From a virus (lineage: Duplodnaviria > Caudoviricetes): 43,583 nucleotides of DNA. The DNA lies in the IMG/VR virus record IMGVR_UViG_3300024344_000036, positions 1 to 43,583 of that record. One strand, 5' to 3'. The notes below the pieces were generated by a model. That model had not been told where the DNA came from. It saw nothing but the letters and a program-made list of their open reading frames with translations, and searched no databases. Below are positions 25,563 to 34,643 of this stretch, in pieces (positions within the stretch are counted from its first letter, which is position 1; the number at the start of each line of letters is the position of its first letter). The position numbers and the translations under genes are program-made.

Positions 25563-26557
25563 AATACCTCCTCTAAAATTGAATGCCCTATTGCGTAAGG
25601 TATAGCGGGCACTAAACTATTACCTAGTCCTTTAAGTCTGTCCACCCTTTTGGGTATCCCATTAGCCACTCGACCCACGTTGGGTTCAAACTCCCACCAG
25701 CGCTCCCAGCTAGACGTCCCTTTTGTCTTGCCTTCTCGTAATTCACGTTCGGTCCCGAGTCCTTGTAGTCTCTGGCTGTCGGTGTCGGTAGCTTCTGCCA
25801 TAAGCGAGGCTCCCTCACTTGATCCATTAGTCTGACTTGAATTGGTTGACCACTGGGTCTCTTCAGATGTCCCTGATCCAATGCTATCTTTATACCAGGT
25901 AGATTCGATCCTCCTGCCATATTGTCTGGAGTCCTCCATAGCATAACTGTGTTCGGATCTACTTGCTCTCGCAGATTCCCTGGCTTTGTTCTCCCTTTGC
26001 GTGTAGTTGTTGCCTGTTTCATCAATGACTCTTGACTCCGCTGTGGAAGATGATCCATTGTGTTCGGAGTAGCCCACAGTCCAGACTCTTTCTCTTTGAT
26101 GGTTTGCGCCGACGCTCGAAGCTGAAATACTAAACGCCCTAACGGTGTAACCTTCACTCTCCAAGTCCTGTAGTACGGTGTCGAGACCGAGTTTAATGTG
26201 TCCACTAACGTTTTCTCCAATGACCCAAGTCGGTTTACATTCTTTGATAATCCTAAACATGTCTGGCCAGAGGTGTCTCTTATCTTTTTCACCACGTTGG
26301 CTACCTGCGACGGAGAATGGTTGGCAAGGATATCCTCCCGTGATAATGTCAATGGGGGCAAGCGTGTCTTCTTTGATTTGCTCATACGTTAACTCCTTTA
26401 TATCTTTATATTGTTTTATATTAGGCCAGTGTTGTTTTAAAACTTTACGTGAGAATTTTTCTATATCACAGAACGCTACTGTTTCAAATCCTCCCGTTGC
26501 CTCAAGTCCTAAACTAAATCCACCGAGCCCACTAAATAAATCTAAGTGCCTAAGCAT
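25559..26557 (-). CDS. C5-cytosine DNA methyltransferase, catalytic polypeptide
   Basis: DLFSGLGG (I), GYPCQPFS (IV), ENV (VI), QRERVW (VIII), LGNSLVP (X). Start at the TAATG overlap with nrdA. Confidence 0.92.
   Translation of the reverse strand: MLRHLDLFSGLGGFSLGLEATGGFETVAFCDIEKFSRKVLKQHWPNIKQYKDIKELTYEQIKEDTLAPIDIITGGYPCQPFSVAGSQRGEKDKRHLWPDMFRIIKECKPTWVIGENVSGHIKLGLDTVLQDLESEGYTVRAFSISASSVGANHQRERVWTVGYSEHNGSSSTAESRVIDETGNNYTQRENKARESARASRSEHSYAMEDSRQYGRRIESTWYKDSIGSGTSEETQWSTNSSQTNGSSEGASLMAEATDTDSQRLQGLGTERELREGKTKGTSSWERWWEFEPNVGRVANGIPKRVDRLKGLGNSLVPAIPYAIGHSILEEVL
25624..26385 (-). CDS. Overlapping-frame MTase partner polypeptide (motif IX-like + TP repeats)
   Basis: 253 stop-free codons nested in the MTase gene; LWATP/LWRTP/LPTP repeats; LNPTWVEWLMGYPKGWT. 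Confidence 0.7.
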   Translation of the reverse strand: MSKSKKTRLPPLTLSREDILANHSPSQVANVVKKIRDTSGQTCLGLSKNVNRLGSLEKTLVDTLNSVSTPYYRTWRVKVTPLGRLVFQLRASAQTIKEKESGLWATPNTMDHLPQRSQESLMKQATTTRKGRTKPGNLREQVDPNTVMLWRTPDNMAGGSNLPGIKIALDQGHLKRPSGQPIQVRLMDQVREPRLWQKLPTPTARDYKDSGPNVNYEKARQKGRLAGSAGGSLNPTWVEWLMGYPKGWTDLKD

Positions 26558-28320
26558 TATGCTTGACACATTACACATGACTCTTCGTCTTCCATGCTAT
26601 CCTCTCTGACTTTACGCTCTACTTTAACAGAGATATTTTCTGCCCTCTTAATCGCCTCACTGCGACAGTAGTATAGAGTCTTTAGTCCTTTTTCCCACGC
26701 ACGTTTATGTATGTTATTTAATCTTCTAACATTTACATCTGGTGGGAAGAATAAGTTTAATGATTGCGCTTGACAAATATATTTTTGACGTTCGCCAGCC
26801 AAGTCCACAATCCACGATTGGTCAATCTCGATGGCTGTTTTAAATAAATTTTTCTCTTGCGACGTGAGGAACTCGAGCGCATCGACAGATCCTCTATTAG
26901 AAATAATAGTCTTCCAAACATCTTTAGTATTCTTTCCTTTTGATTCAAGCAATTCTTCTAAGTATTTATTCTTAACTAAGAAAGAACCACTCATAGTTTT
27001 TTGTGTAAAGGCGTTGGCTCTTAAAGGTTCTATGCTAGGAGATACACCACCGCATATAATAGAGCTACTTGCATTTGGTGCAATAGCTAACATGTGTGCA
27101 AATCTTTTACCACTGCCCTTCATGTCACTTGGCTCGCCTCTTGTCTTACCTAATGATAGATTAGATTCTAATGCTTTATCATGTAAGTGTTTAAATATAT
27201 TTTTATTAATACCAAAAGACATAGGGCTATTGAAAGCTATACCTTTTCTTTGTAGGTATGAATGGAAACCCATAGCACCTAAGCCAACAGATCGTTCTGC
27301 TTTTGCTGAGGCTACTGCTCTCCATAAATGAGAGGGGGCATTCTTAATAAAATATGTAAGTACGTTATCTAACATACGCATGATGTCATCAATGAATTGT
27401 GTATTATCTTTCCACTCATCATAGTATTCCAGGTTAACAGATGATAAACAACATACTGCAGTACGTTCATCGTTGGTTGGCAGGGTAATCTCACTACATA
27501 AGTTAGAGTGATGTACCTTTAAACCTTTGTCTTTTAATTCTTTTGGTAACCCTTTATTAACTGTATCACTAAACATAATGTATGGCTCACCTGTTGATAC
27601 TCTTGTCTCTAGTATCTTAATCCATAGTTGTCTAGCTTTAACTTCTCTTATAACTTTTTTATTATGTGGGTCAATCAGTTTCCACATCTCATCTTTCTCT
27701 AATGCTTTCATGAATTTATCTGGTACGTTTATTCCATGATGTAGATTAAGATTCTTTCTATTCACATCACCACCACTAGGCTTACGCATTTCAATGAACT
27801 CTATTATCTCTGGGTGAGATATGTCCATGTAGCTGGCATAGCTCCCACGTCTTGTTGCCCCCTGGTTAAACGCAACCATCTGACTATCAACTACATGCAT
27901 GAAAGGTATAACTCCTGTTGTCTTATTACCTTTACTAGTAGATTGATCCTGCGACCTTATGTCACCCCAGTATCCACCGATACCACCTCCTGAACTTGAC
28001 AACCAAATATTTTCTGCGTAGTGTTCTGATAAACCTTCACGAGAATCGGGTACATAATTTAAGAAGCATGAGATAGGTAGTCCTCTATCTGTACCACCAT
28101 TTGATAGCACGGGTGTAGCAAACATGAACCATAGCTTAGATGAATAATCATATAGTCTTTTAGCATGGGCATCTGAGTCTGCAAAAGCTGCGGCTGTTCT
28201 AGCTAGTGCTTCCTGGGGAGATTTTTCTTTGGGTAACATGTATCTATCTTTTAAAACTTCTTTACCGAATACAGTAAGAAGGTCGTCTCGTGCGAGATCA
28301 ATCGTTGGTTTGTCAGTCAT
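26557..28320 (-). CDS. nrdA: Ribonucleotide reductase class I alpha subunit, no ATP cone
   Basis: ATP.L.N, SCF, SNLCSEI, CCLSS, APNAS, TLYY and C-terminal CVMC. Confidence 0.95.
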   Translation of the reverse strand: MTDKPTIDLARDDLLTVFGKEVLKDRYMLPKEKSPQEALARTAAAFADSDAHAKRLYDYSSKLWFMFATPVLSNGGTDRGLPISCFLNYVPDSREGLSEHYAENIWLSSSGGGIGGYWGDIRSQDQSTSKGNKTTGVIPFMHVVDSQMVAFNQGATRRGSYASYMDISHPEIIEFIEMRKPSGGDVNRKNLNLHHGINVPDKFMKALEKDEMWKLIDPHNKKVIREVKARQLWIKILETRVSTGEPYIMFSDTVNKGLPKELKDKGLKVHHSNLCSEITLPTNDERTAVCCLSSVNLEYYDEWKDNTQFIDDIMRMLDNVLTYFIKNAPSHLWRAVASAKAERSVGLGAMGFHSYLQRKGIAFNSPMSFGINKNIFKHLHDKALESNLSLGKTRGEPSDMKGSGKRFAHMLAIAPNASSSIICGGVSPSIEPLRANAFTQKTMSGSFLVKNKYLEELLESKGKNTKDVWKTIISNRGSVDALEFLTSQEKNLFKTAIEIDQSWIVDLAGERQKYICQAQSLNLFFPPDVNVRRLNNIHKRAWEKGLKTLYYCRSEAIKRAENISVKVERKVREDSMEDEESCVMCQA

Positions 28321-28355
28321 TTCGTCTTCCTTATTTGTGTTGTGTGAAAGCTCCT

Positions 28356-28384
28356 AGTATACCACACTATGAAGCCGTTGTCTA
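28356..28384 (-). promoter_or_regulatory. Sigma70-like promoter for the nrd operon
   Basis: TAGACA-17 bp-TATACT with an extended TG. Confidence 0.65.
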
Positions 28385-28390
28385 TATCAA

Positions 28391-28882
28391 TCATGTTAAG
28401 TTCCTTAAAAATAATGTCGAGTATTCAAACTTTTGCTCTTGACAAAAGACATCATCTAGTGTCTCAACTAAATCTAACTTTAAATTTTTATCCAGGTTCT
28501 TTACTACCTGCACCATTCTGATTTCTACCTGTGGATAAATCCTTTCAAGTATAGGACGATACAAATAATTAAGTTGAACCCATGCTTTCCTAGTTGCTTT
28601 AAGCTTACACTCTAGAACCAGGATAAATTTGCGGCTGCTATTAGGCAGAACTATAATGTCAGGCTGACACCATCCAAGCCCACGTCTGTCCTCGTACTCA
28701 TACCATTGTCCATGTAGTACTTCTTCCCCATATAAAGCCTTGATGTAGTTAGCTATCCTATTCTCATAGATGAGCCCAGCTCTCTGGATACCCTTGATTC
28801 TTGGAGAGGAGATGAATCTAGGTTTACCCTCGAGAGCCTTCGCCCAACGTAGACCTCGGATTATATTGCGTCTTTTCTGCAT
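28391..28882 (-). CDS. PD-(D/E)XK nuclease (resolvase-like)
   Basis: G..YE, QPDIIV, VLECK and QL..LY motifs. Confidence 0.7.
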   Translation of the reverse strand: MQKRRNIIRGLRWAKALEGKPRFISSPRIKGIQRAGLIYENRIANYIKALYGEEVLHGQWYEYEDRRGLGWCQPDIIVLPNSSRKFILVLECKLKATRKAWVQLNYLYRPILERIYPQVEIRMVQVVKNLDKNLKLDLVETLDDVFCQEQKFEYSTLFLRNLT

Positions 28883-30126
28883 AGGAATACCAATTCAGAT
28901 TCGACACGGATATAACCAGAGTCTTCCATAGCTTGGATGTACTGTGTAATCTCCCCGGGTGCCATAGTCTTGTTCAAAAGTTGCCGTTTAAACAGCTTCA
29001 GACGCACGTGAGAGCGGTTATTGTTAAACACAGTAGTCTCCAACCAACCTTTCATATCATGAGCAATTTTACCAGTCTTACTCATGCCAAAACCTTCTAA
29101 TGCCTTAGGCATATTCTTCTCTACATCAAACATAATCTCTTTAGTAAGAGCCCAATCACTAGCTGTAATTACCCTTGTTCCTCTACGTGAGGCAGATATA
29201 GACATAGCTACCTTGATAAAGTGGGATACTCTACGTTGATTGTACTCGATCATGTTAGGATCGGTAGGTTCTGGTTGTATATATTCTTGAAAATCTTTCT
29301 CGACTTCTTCATGTACCTCTGCATCAAAGACAAATTGCCCGTGCATTTTAGCTATCATACTGAGGTCATGTGTTAAGTCTTCGGCTATACTATCATCAAT
29401 TCTTTTCTGATGTAAGCTTTGTGCTATCCTATGTCCTTCATGATAGATAGGTAGTATCCTAGATAACAACCCTTGTGAAGCCGCATCCTCTGGTAAGTTA
29501 TCCACAAACTGTTGAGGTGTGGCACATGCTATCCAGTTAAGACAAGGACCTTTAATAAATTGTGATGAGCCTGTTTTAATTTGGTGACTGTAAGAATCCT
29601 TACTATCCCACATGTCAGTCATAAACATCTGTAAGTAGTTATGATTTCTATTCATGAACGTACCGAACTCTGATGTACATAATGTAAGTGATGAGTCATA
29701 GAACATATCTTCTTTAGGTGTAGCACAACGTAAGTCTAGTCGTGTAACCTTAGACATTTCTACTGCTAATTTTTCTGGTGTAATTCTATCTTGTATAATA
29801 TGTAATGGGTAATTCTTTAAACCATATCTTGTTAAGCCACTGTTAAATTCATCATGATCTTCTTCTGTACCTACAGGTGTAGTAAGTTTAGCAAAGACTT
29901 TTGAGAACGGCAAGATGAGCGAGACAGATTTGTTTCTACCTGGTGGTGCAACTAGTACAACAAACATGTTAGGTCTGATATCATAGTTAGTCATAGACAA
30001 CCAACACTTACGACCGAGTGCTCCAGCCACAGCAGAAATTGCTGTCCATGTAGAGAACCTATCTGGTATCGGACTACCTGTTGTAGCCTTTACACATGCC
30101 TTAATAAAATCTGTATTCTTACGCAT
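28861..30126 (-). CDS. DUF3987-like P-loop ATPase (probable helicase)
   Basis: PNMFVVLVAPPGRNKS (Walker A-like), TPEKL, SEFG, WD, GLLSR. Confidence 0.7.
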   Translation of the reverse strand: MRKNTDFIKACVKATTGSPIPDRFSTWTAISAVAGALGRKCWLSMTNYDIRPNMFVVLVAPPGRNKSVSLILPFSKVFAKLTTPVGTEEDHDEFNSGLTRYGLKNYPLHIIQDRITPEKLAVEMSKVTRLDLRCATPKEDMFYDSSLTLCTSEFGTFMNRNHNYLQMFMTDMWDSKDSYSHQIKTGSSQFIKGPCLNWIACATPQQFVDNLPEDAASQGLLSRILPIYHEGHRIAQSLHQKRIDDSIAEDLTHDLSMIAKMHGQFVFDAEVHEEVEKDFQEYIQPEPTDPNMIEYNQRRVSHFIKVAMSISASRRGTRVITASDWALTKEIMFDVEKNMPKALEGFGMSKTGKIAHDMKGWLETTVFNNNRSHVRLKLFKRQLLNKTMAPGEITQYIQAMEDSGYIRVESELVFLCRKDAI

Positions 30127-31666
30127 TGGCTACCCATTTCTTTAAGTTTTTCCAAGAGTCCCCTACCTCTGCATCAGAAGGTATTATCATACTTCTTCCT
30201 TTAACATCAATAGGATTTTCTAAACAATCAATTACCTTAGGAATTAAATAGTCTACCTTATCATTAGGACATTGACCTAAGACTGCGTCATGCACCTGTC
30301 CTAATATTTCTACACCTTCTTGGAACAACTCAGACCATACTCTATATAATCCTTTGTTAAGTAAGTCACCGATAGTAGATTGCGGAAGATAGGCTATAGC
30401 TTTTCTTGCATAGTGTTCATCATCTAACCTACCCCAGAATTGTCTGCGTCTACCGAATGGTGTAACTAAGTTACCTGTTGATTGTAGTTCTTTAATAACT
30501 TCTGTGTGCCATGTTCTTATTCCAGGAAATGCCCCAGCTACACGCACAAGTACTTGCGTGCCCGATCCAATCTTCTCTCCTAGTTCCATGAGTTCGTCGA
30601 AGCCCCCTTTCTTATCCTGTTTATGCCAACGTTCTAACGAGGCTAGTGGTACAACACCACCAAAGTATAAGAGTTGGAATCTTGTAGCATGTGCTACTTT
30701 AATCTTTGTATGTCTTGCTACTGTATTAGCTGACGCACCGTAGTTAGTACCATGACCAGCCCTCTTACATACATCACGATAAGAAAAGTTTCCATAGTAA
30801 GGTCGCTCGGCTAGTGTTCTATTCTGTGCATTGTCTTCTGTCCAACCCATGTTAGGCCAAACCATTTTAGCTACCTCAGTGTGTAGGTCTGATGATTCAA
30901 CAGCGTTGATATAACCTTCATCACCTGAGAGGTATGCCGTTGCCCTGGATTCAGCTGCTTGTAAGTCGGCATAGAACATGGTACGTCCTCTGTCTGGTAT
31001 GAACATAGCCCGCAAGTCCTTTGTAATATTCTGTAAGTTTGTACCTGTTCTCCAGGGACTTTCTGATGATGACCACCTGCCAGTCTCAGTACCCGCTACA
31101 TTATATGAGCAACGGATACGACCGTCTTCATCACGTTTAGAAGCTAAGACTGATAACTGTTTATCTATATCACGCAATGCAATAATAGTTTTACAGAAAG
31201 GACGAGCACGAGGATACTCTTCTATCATATGTTCTAAAGCTTCACGATCAGTAGAAACTTTCTGTTTCCCTTTGTCGTATTTAATTTGTACTGGAAGATT
31301 CAAGTACTCATAGAGCATGGACTTGAGTTGTGTTGGACTGTTATGGTTAAGGTCTTTATCCCATACAGCATTAGCAAATAGACTTAACATCCTAGCTAAT
31401 TGTAATCTTTTCTTTTGTAAGGGGGCACGAATAATTGTGACTGCCCTTTCATCTACGCGTAAGCCACGTAGTACCATAGAGATTGCAGGTCCTAAGCTTG
31501 CTCTCTCAAATTCGTATGTCGATTTAGTAAAGTTGTCTAGTTGTGGGGAAAGTTTATTCCAAATTTCTGTAGTAAGTGTACAATCTAATCCACAATAAAC
31601 CCATAGAGTTTGTTCTTCATTAAGTTTTAAATTCTTAATCTCTGTGTTCTTTATTATCCTCGCCAT
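30119..31666 (-). CDS. polA: Family A DNA polymerase, C-terminal part (ExoIII + polymerase)
   Basis: YCGLD, TETGRWSS, NLQNI, ADLQAAESR (A), R...KRAGHGTNYG (B), QVHD (C); has its own RBS. Confidence 0.92.
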   Translation of the reverse strand: MARIIKNTEIKNLKLNEEQTLWVYCGLDCTLTTEIWNKLSPQLDNFTKSTYEFERASLGPAISMVLRGLRVDERAVTIIRAPLQKKRLQLARMLSLFANAVWDKDLNHNSPTQLKSMLYEYLNLPVQIKYDKGKQKVSTDREALEHMIEEYPRARPFCKTIIALRDIDKQLSVLASKRDEDGRIRCSYNVAGTETGRWSSSESPWRTGTNLQNITKDLRAMFIPDRGRTMFYADLQAAESRATAYLSGDEGYINAVESSDLHTEVAKMVWPNMGWTEDNAQNRTLAERPYYGNFSYRDVCKRAGHGTNYGASANTVARHTKIKVAHATRFQLLYFGGVVPLASLERWHKQDKKGGFDELMELGEKIGSGTQVLVRVAGAFPGIRTWHTEVIKELQSTGNLVTPFGRRRQFWGRLDDEHYARKAIAYLPQSTIGDLLNKGLYRVWSELFQEGVEILGQVHDAVLGQCPNDKVDYLIPKVIDCLENPIDVKGRSMIIPSDAEVGDSWKNLKKWVANA

Positions 31667-31976
31667 TATCTCTCTCCAATTGTTTCTTATGTAAGTCTTC
31701 CACTCGTTCTCCTATTTCACGAGCGATCGCCATGTAAGCTGAAGCATCCAGGTATGTATCCTCTGTTCGAGATCCTTGCTTCAGTCTTGCTATCTTTAAT
31801 AGACACATCATAACTGCTACGTCATGTGGGTTTATTTGAAAGTTAGTATATGCTGACCATAAATTTGCTATGTTAACATGGTTAATTAATTTGTCTCCGT
31901 AATCTACTTGCCTGTCTCCACTGACAAGTTCACTTGCTTTTTTTAGTAACTCTGAACTTCTCCCTGTTGTTGTCAT
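31635..31976 (-). CDS. DUF6378-like phage protein
   Basis: GDRQ.DYG, IANLWSAY, DVA.MM.LLKIAR, DTYLD..AY. Confidence 0.7.
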   Translation of the reverse strand: MTTTGRSSELLKKASELVSGDRQVDYGDKLINHVNIANLWSAYTNFQINPHDVAVMMCLLKIARLKQGSRTEDTYLDASAYMAIAREIGERVEDLHKKQLERDNGEDNKEHRD

Positions 31977-32244
31977 ATTCTCCCTCCTTATATTTGTCAA
32001 ACTCTTTTCTTGCTCGTTGATGGTCTACTGCTGCTAAGTCACATACGAATTTAAACTCGTCGTACTTATACTTCAACCACTTCTCGACTTCTTCTTTGTA
32101 CTTCAAACCATCTTTGGACTTGCCTTTGTATGCATAGTCTTGAACAGCTTGATCTAATACGGCTCGCCATAAGTTGTAATGGTTTGCTATATCTACTGAA
32201 TCCTCTGGCATTGGCTTTACCGAGAATAACTCTGATCGTTTCAT
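31930..32244 (-). CDS. Conserved-looking phage hypothetical protein
   Basis: LWRAVLDQAVQD...W...F..VCDLA motif. Confidence 0.7.
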   Translation of the reverse strand: MKRSELFSVKPMPEDSVDIANHYNLWRAVLDQAVQDYAYKGKSKDGLKYKEEVEKWLKYKYDEFKFVCDLAAVDHQRARKEFDKYKEGEYDNNREKFRVTKKSK

Positions 32245-32246
32245 GT

Positions 32247-33350
32247 TTACTCATCTGCTTTGGTACTCTTTGAAAACTTGGCTAGTGTTTTCCAAGCACT
32301 CTCATTGGTGTATATCGAGCCTAAGAAACCTAAACCTTTTTCTTGTTCTGGTTGCAGTGAATGTTGTGCGTGCATGGTATCATGTATGATACCTTTAACA
32401 TGTATCTTTTGTTTGTGTGCTAACCATGACACGTCGTATAATTGATTCTGTGCAACCTTAACTATCTTATCGTTCTCAAGAATATCTTTAACCCATTTCC
32501 AGGCAGTGATCTCATCAGCTGCATTCCAATAGTTTTGAGTGTCCGTATTCTTATCACGAAAAGGTACTACGATTGTAGTGTTAGGTGTAGGTGCAAAGCC
32601 TATGCATACGATAGAGCCTTCTGCTGTTTCAATATCGAATGCGAGAGGGTTGTTATGATTTGCTTCACTAATATATTTATTATAGAATACATCTAAGTCT
32701 TCGATGGTAGGTTCTATCCATACCTCTCTGACTGTGTGTTCTAGTTTTTTAGTTAGAGATTCTTGCTTAGCTTTCTGTAAATCAGCTACAACATGAGGTC
32801 TCCACTTGAAATTTTTAACGACAGAAACAGGACTGTATGTTGGTAGTACTTTATAAGGTGTAGGTAGAAGCTCAGTTATCAACGTGGCTCCTCTGTTCTT
32901 ACCAATCTTAGCTAGTCCTGTTACTGCCCACAAAGATACTGAACCCATTGCGATAATGATATTTGGATTGGCTTCTTCTATTTCTTTGTGTAACCTTTGA
33001 ATGTCTTGCTCATATTCTTGCTTAAGATATCCTTCACTTGTTGGGGCGTAAGGTGAACGCCACTCGGTTGTCTTGCATAATCTTTTGTATTCACTTCTCT
33101 TATGAAAGAAGTATTGTGCTGTGTTCTGGTGGGGTTTTAATTGTATAGTGTGGGTGAGTAAACAGTTGTCGAGGTTGATACCTGCAATGTCACAGAGTTC
33201 GGCAAATACTTTTCCCGTGCCCCCACGCAGGATTGTATTAGCGATTGTTTCACTGTTGGTAGGGTACTCGAATACGAACGCAATCTTACAAGCCTCGGCT
33301 GATTGAGGCTTGCGTGATGATACTCGTTTGTATACTGCATACTCACCCAT
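32247..33350 (-). CDS. UDG-like domain fused to a partial 3'-5' exonuclease (N-terminal part of the polymerase)
   Basis: AFVFEYP...E, G.TG, EI...NPNIIIAMG, PTYSP; then AFDIET (ExoI), QNQLYD (ExoII), HDTM. Start reassigned to ATG 33350. Confidence 0.8.
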   Translation of the reverse strand: MGEYAVYKRVSSRKPQSAEACKIAFVFEYPTNSETIANTILRGGTGKVFAELCDIAGINLDNCLLTHTIQLKPHQNTAQYFFHKRSEYKRLCKTTEWRSPYAPTSEGYLKQEYEQDIQRLHKEIEEANPNIIIAMGSVSLWAVTGLAKIGKNRGATLITELLPTPYKVLPTYSPVSVVKNFKWRPHVVADLQKAKQESLTKKLEHTVREVWIEPTIEDLDVFYNKYISEANHNNPLAFDIETAEGSIVCIGFAPTPNTTIVVPFRDKNTDTQNYWNAADEITAWKWVKDILENDKIVKVAQNQLYDVSWLAHKQKIHVKGIIHDTMHAQHSLQPEQEKGLGFLGSIYTNESAWKTLAKFSKSTKADE

Positions 33351-33354
33351 AGGA

Positions 33355-33795
33355 CTACTTCTTAATAATCCTTTTGATGGATGCTTGAAGTATGTCCTTG
33401 TTTCTGCCAACCATTTCATGCTTGACAATACCACTAAAGGTCTGACCGATTGCTTGTTCAAGCAACTCACTGAACGACGAACCGTCATCCATTTCCAATC
33501 CCTTTAATAGAAAGGCTTTCAATGACAAAGCTGGATTGCTTTGTTGCATTGCTTTTGGTGTAGCCCAGAACTCAATACGAGTTGGCTCGGCATTTACCAA
33601 ATCCGAATCTGCTAAATCAGATTGGATCACACCAACGGCTTTACAATTCATGCGTACCAATGGTGTTTGATTTTCCCCCACCTTATCCGAACGATAAGAA
33701 GTGATAGTGAAATCGTAGCTACCCTCAGGCAACGTTACGGATTCAGGTATTTCACCTGGGGTCATGTTTAAAAAGTCTAAAACATCTGACATCAT
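33355..33795 (-). CDS. Probable single-stranded DNA-binding protein (DUF669-like)
   Basis: LPEGSYDFTI motif; follows a Sak4-like ATPase. Confidence 0.55.
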   Translation of the reverse strand: MMSDVLDFLNMTPGEIPESVTLPEGSYDFTITSYRSDKVGENQTPLVRMNCKAVGVIQSDLADSDLVNAEPTRIEFWATPKAMQQSNPALSLKAFLLKGLEMDDGSSFSELLEQAIGQTFSGIVKHEMVGRNKDILQASIKRIIKK

Positions 33796-34589
33796 TTACC
33801 TCCTGTGTCTTTGTTCAATTTACTTTGAGCATTCTTTTGAATAGAATCAAATAGCTTAGCTAAATCACATTCGGTGTTAGCTTCAACACGACTAGGTGCT
33901 GTCACTTTCAAATCCATTTTGTGATCTGATACTGTTCTAAGGGTTCGCTCCGTTCCCTTACTTGAAGACCGTGTGTCAATCCTACATACACAGTTAAAGT
34001 ATCTTCCTATTTTGGTGGATAGTTTAGATCCTACACTGGTTGGGTATGCTTTGGATACACCTAAGTCCCCCTCCATGTACTGCATGTGTGTAGTTACTAC
34101 TACATTACATGGTACTTCTGAACCTGTTATATATTGTATGATATGTTGTACATCCCTTGCGGCTGTACCCCATTCTGGTTGACTAGGTTGGTCGGTTGGT
34201 TTCTTATTATTAAAAACCAGGGCACCACGTAATGCTGCCTCGCCCATCAAAGTCAAGCTGTCTATAACAAGTACATCTTTATTAGTCCAGTTCTTAACTG
34301 AACCAAAGTCTTCGTCGCCATCCTTCCAGTTAGTAATCATTTGTACACCCTTACGGAAAGCTGTCGCTTGTCCTAAAGAATCTTTACAAGTAACAAAGGA
34401 TACATTTTTAACTGCGTCCTTGTTTAAAAACTCTGGAAGAATAGATAGACCGTCATCAAAGTCTAGGATACGTAAGTTGTATCCAGCATTTGCAAGCGAG
34501 GCTAGTGCTGTGGTTTTACCCGAACCACTATCCCCTACCAACATAAGCTTTGTATACTCTGCTGACTTGTGTGTTTTAATGTTTGCCAT
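33792..34589 (-). CDS. AAA_24/Sak4-like ATPase
   Basis: GDSGSGKT Walker A, LVIDSLT Walker B, NVVVTTH; RBS AGGAG before ATG 34589. Confidence 0.8.
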   Translation of the reverse strand: MANIKTHKSAEYTKLMLVGDSGSGKTTALASLANAGYNLRILDFDDGLSILPEFLNKDAVKNVSFVTCKDSLGQATAFRKGVQMITNWKDGDEDFGSVKNWTNKDVLVIDSLTLMGEAALRGALVFNNKKPTDQPSQPEWGTAARDVQHIIQYITGSEVPCNVVVTTHMQYMEGDLGVSKAYPTSVGSKLSTKIGRYFNCVCRIDTRSSSKGTERTLRTVSDHKMDLKVTAPSRVEANTECDLAKLFDSIQKNAQSKLNKDTGGK

Positions 34590-34611
34590 TTTTATCTCCT
34601 GTGAAGTTAAC

Positions 34612-34640
34612 ATACTAACATGAATTGCCTTTCGTGTCAA
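34612..34640 (-). promoter_or_regulatory. Sigma70-like promoter for the replication operon
   Basis: TTGACA-17 bp-TAGTAT; shares GTATTGACACGA with the promoter at 24507. Confidence 0.7.
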
Positions 34641-34643
34641 TAC

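Noticed and set aside
31667-32246. Intron or intein interrupting the polymerase
   Set aside because: The gap is filled by two normal overlapping genes with no HNH, GIY-YIG, LAGLIDADG or Hint motifs, and Pol has its own RBS. RT-PCR would settle it.
33351-33488. N-terminal extension of the UDG-exo ORF
   Set aside because: Overlaps the SSB gene. ATG 33350 just after the SSB stop is more plausible.
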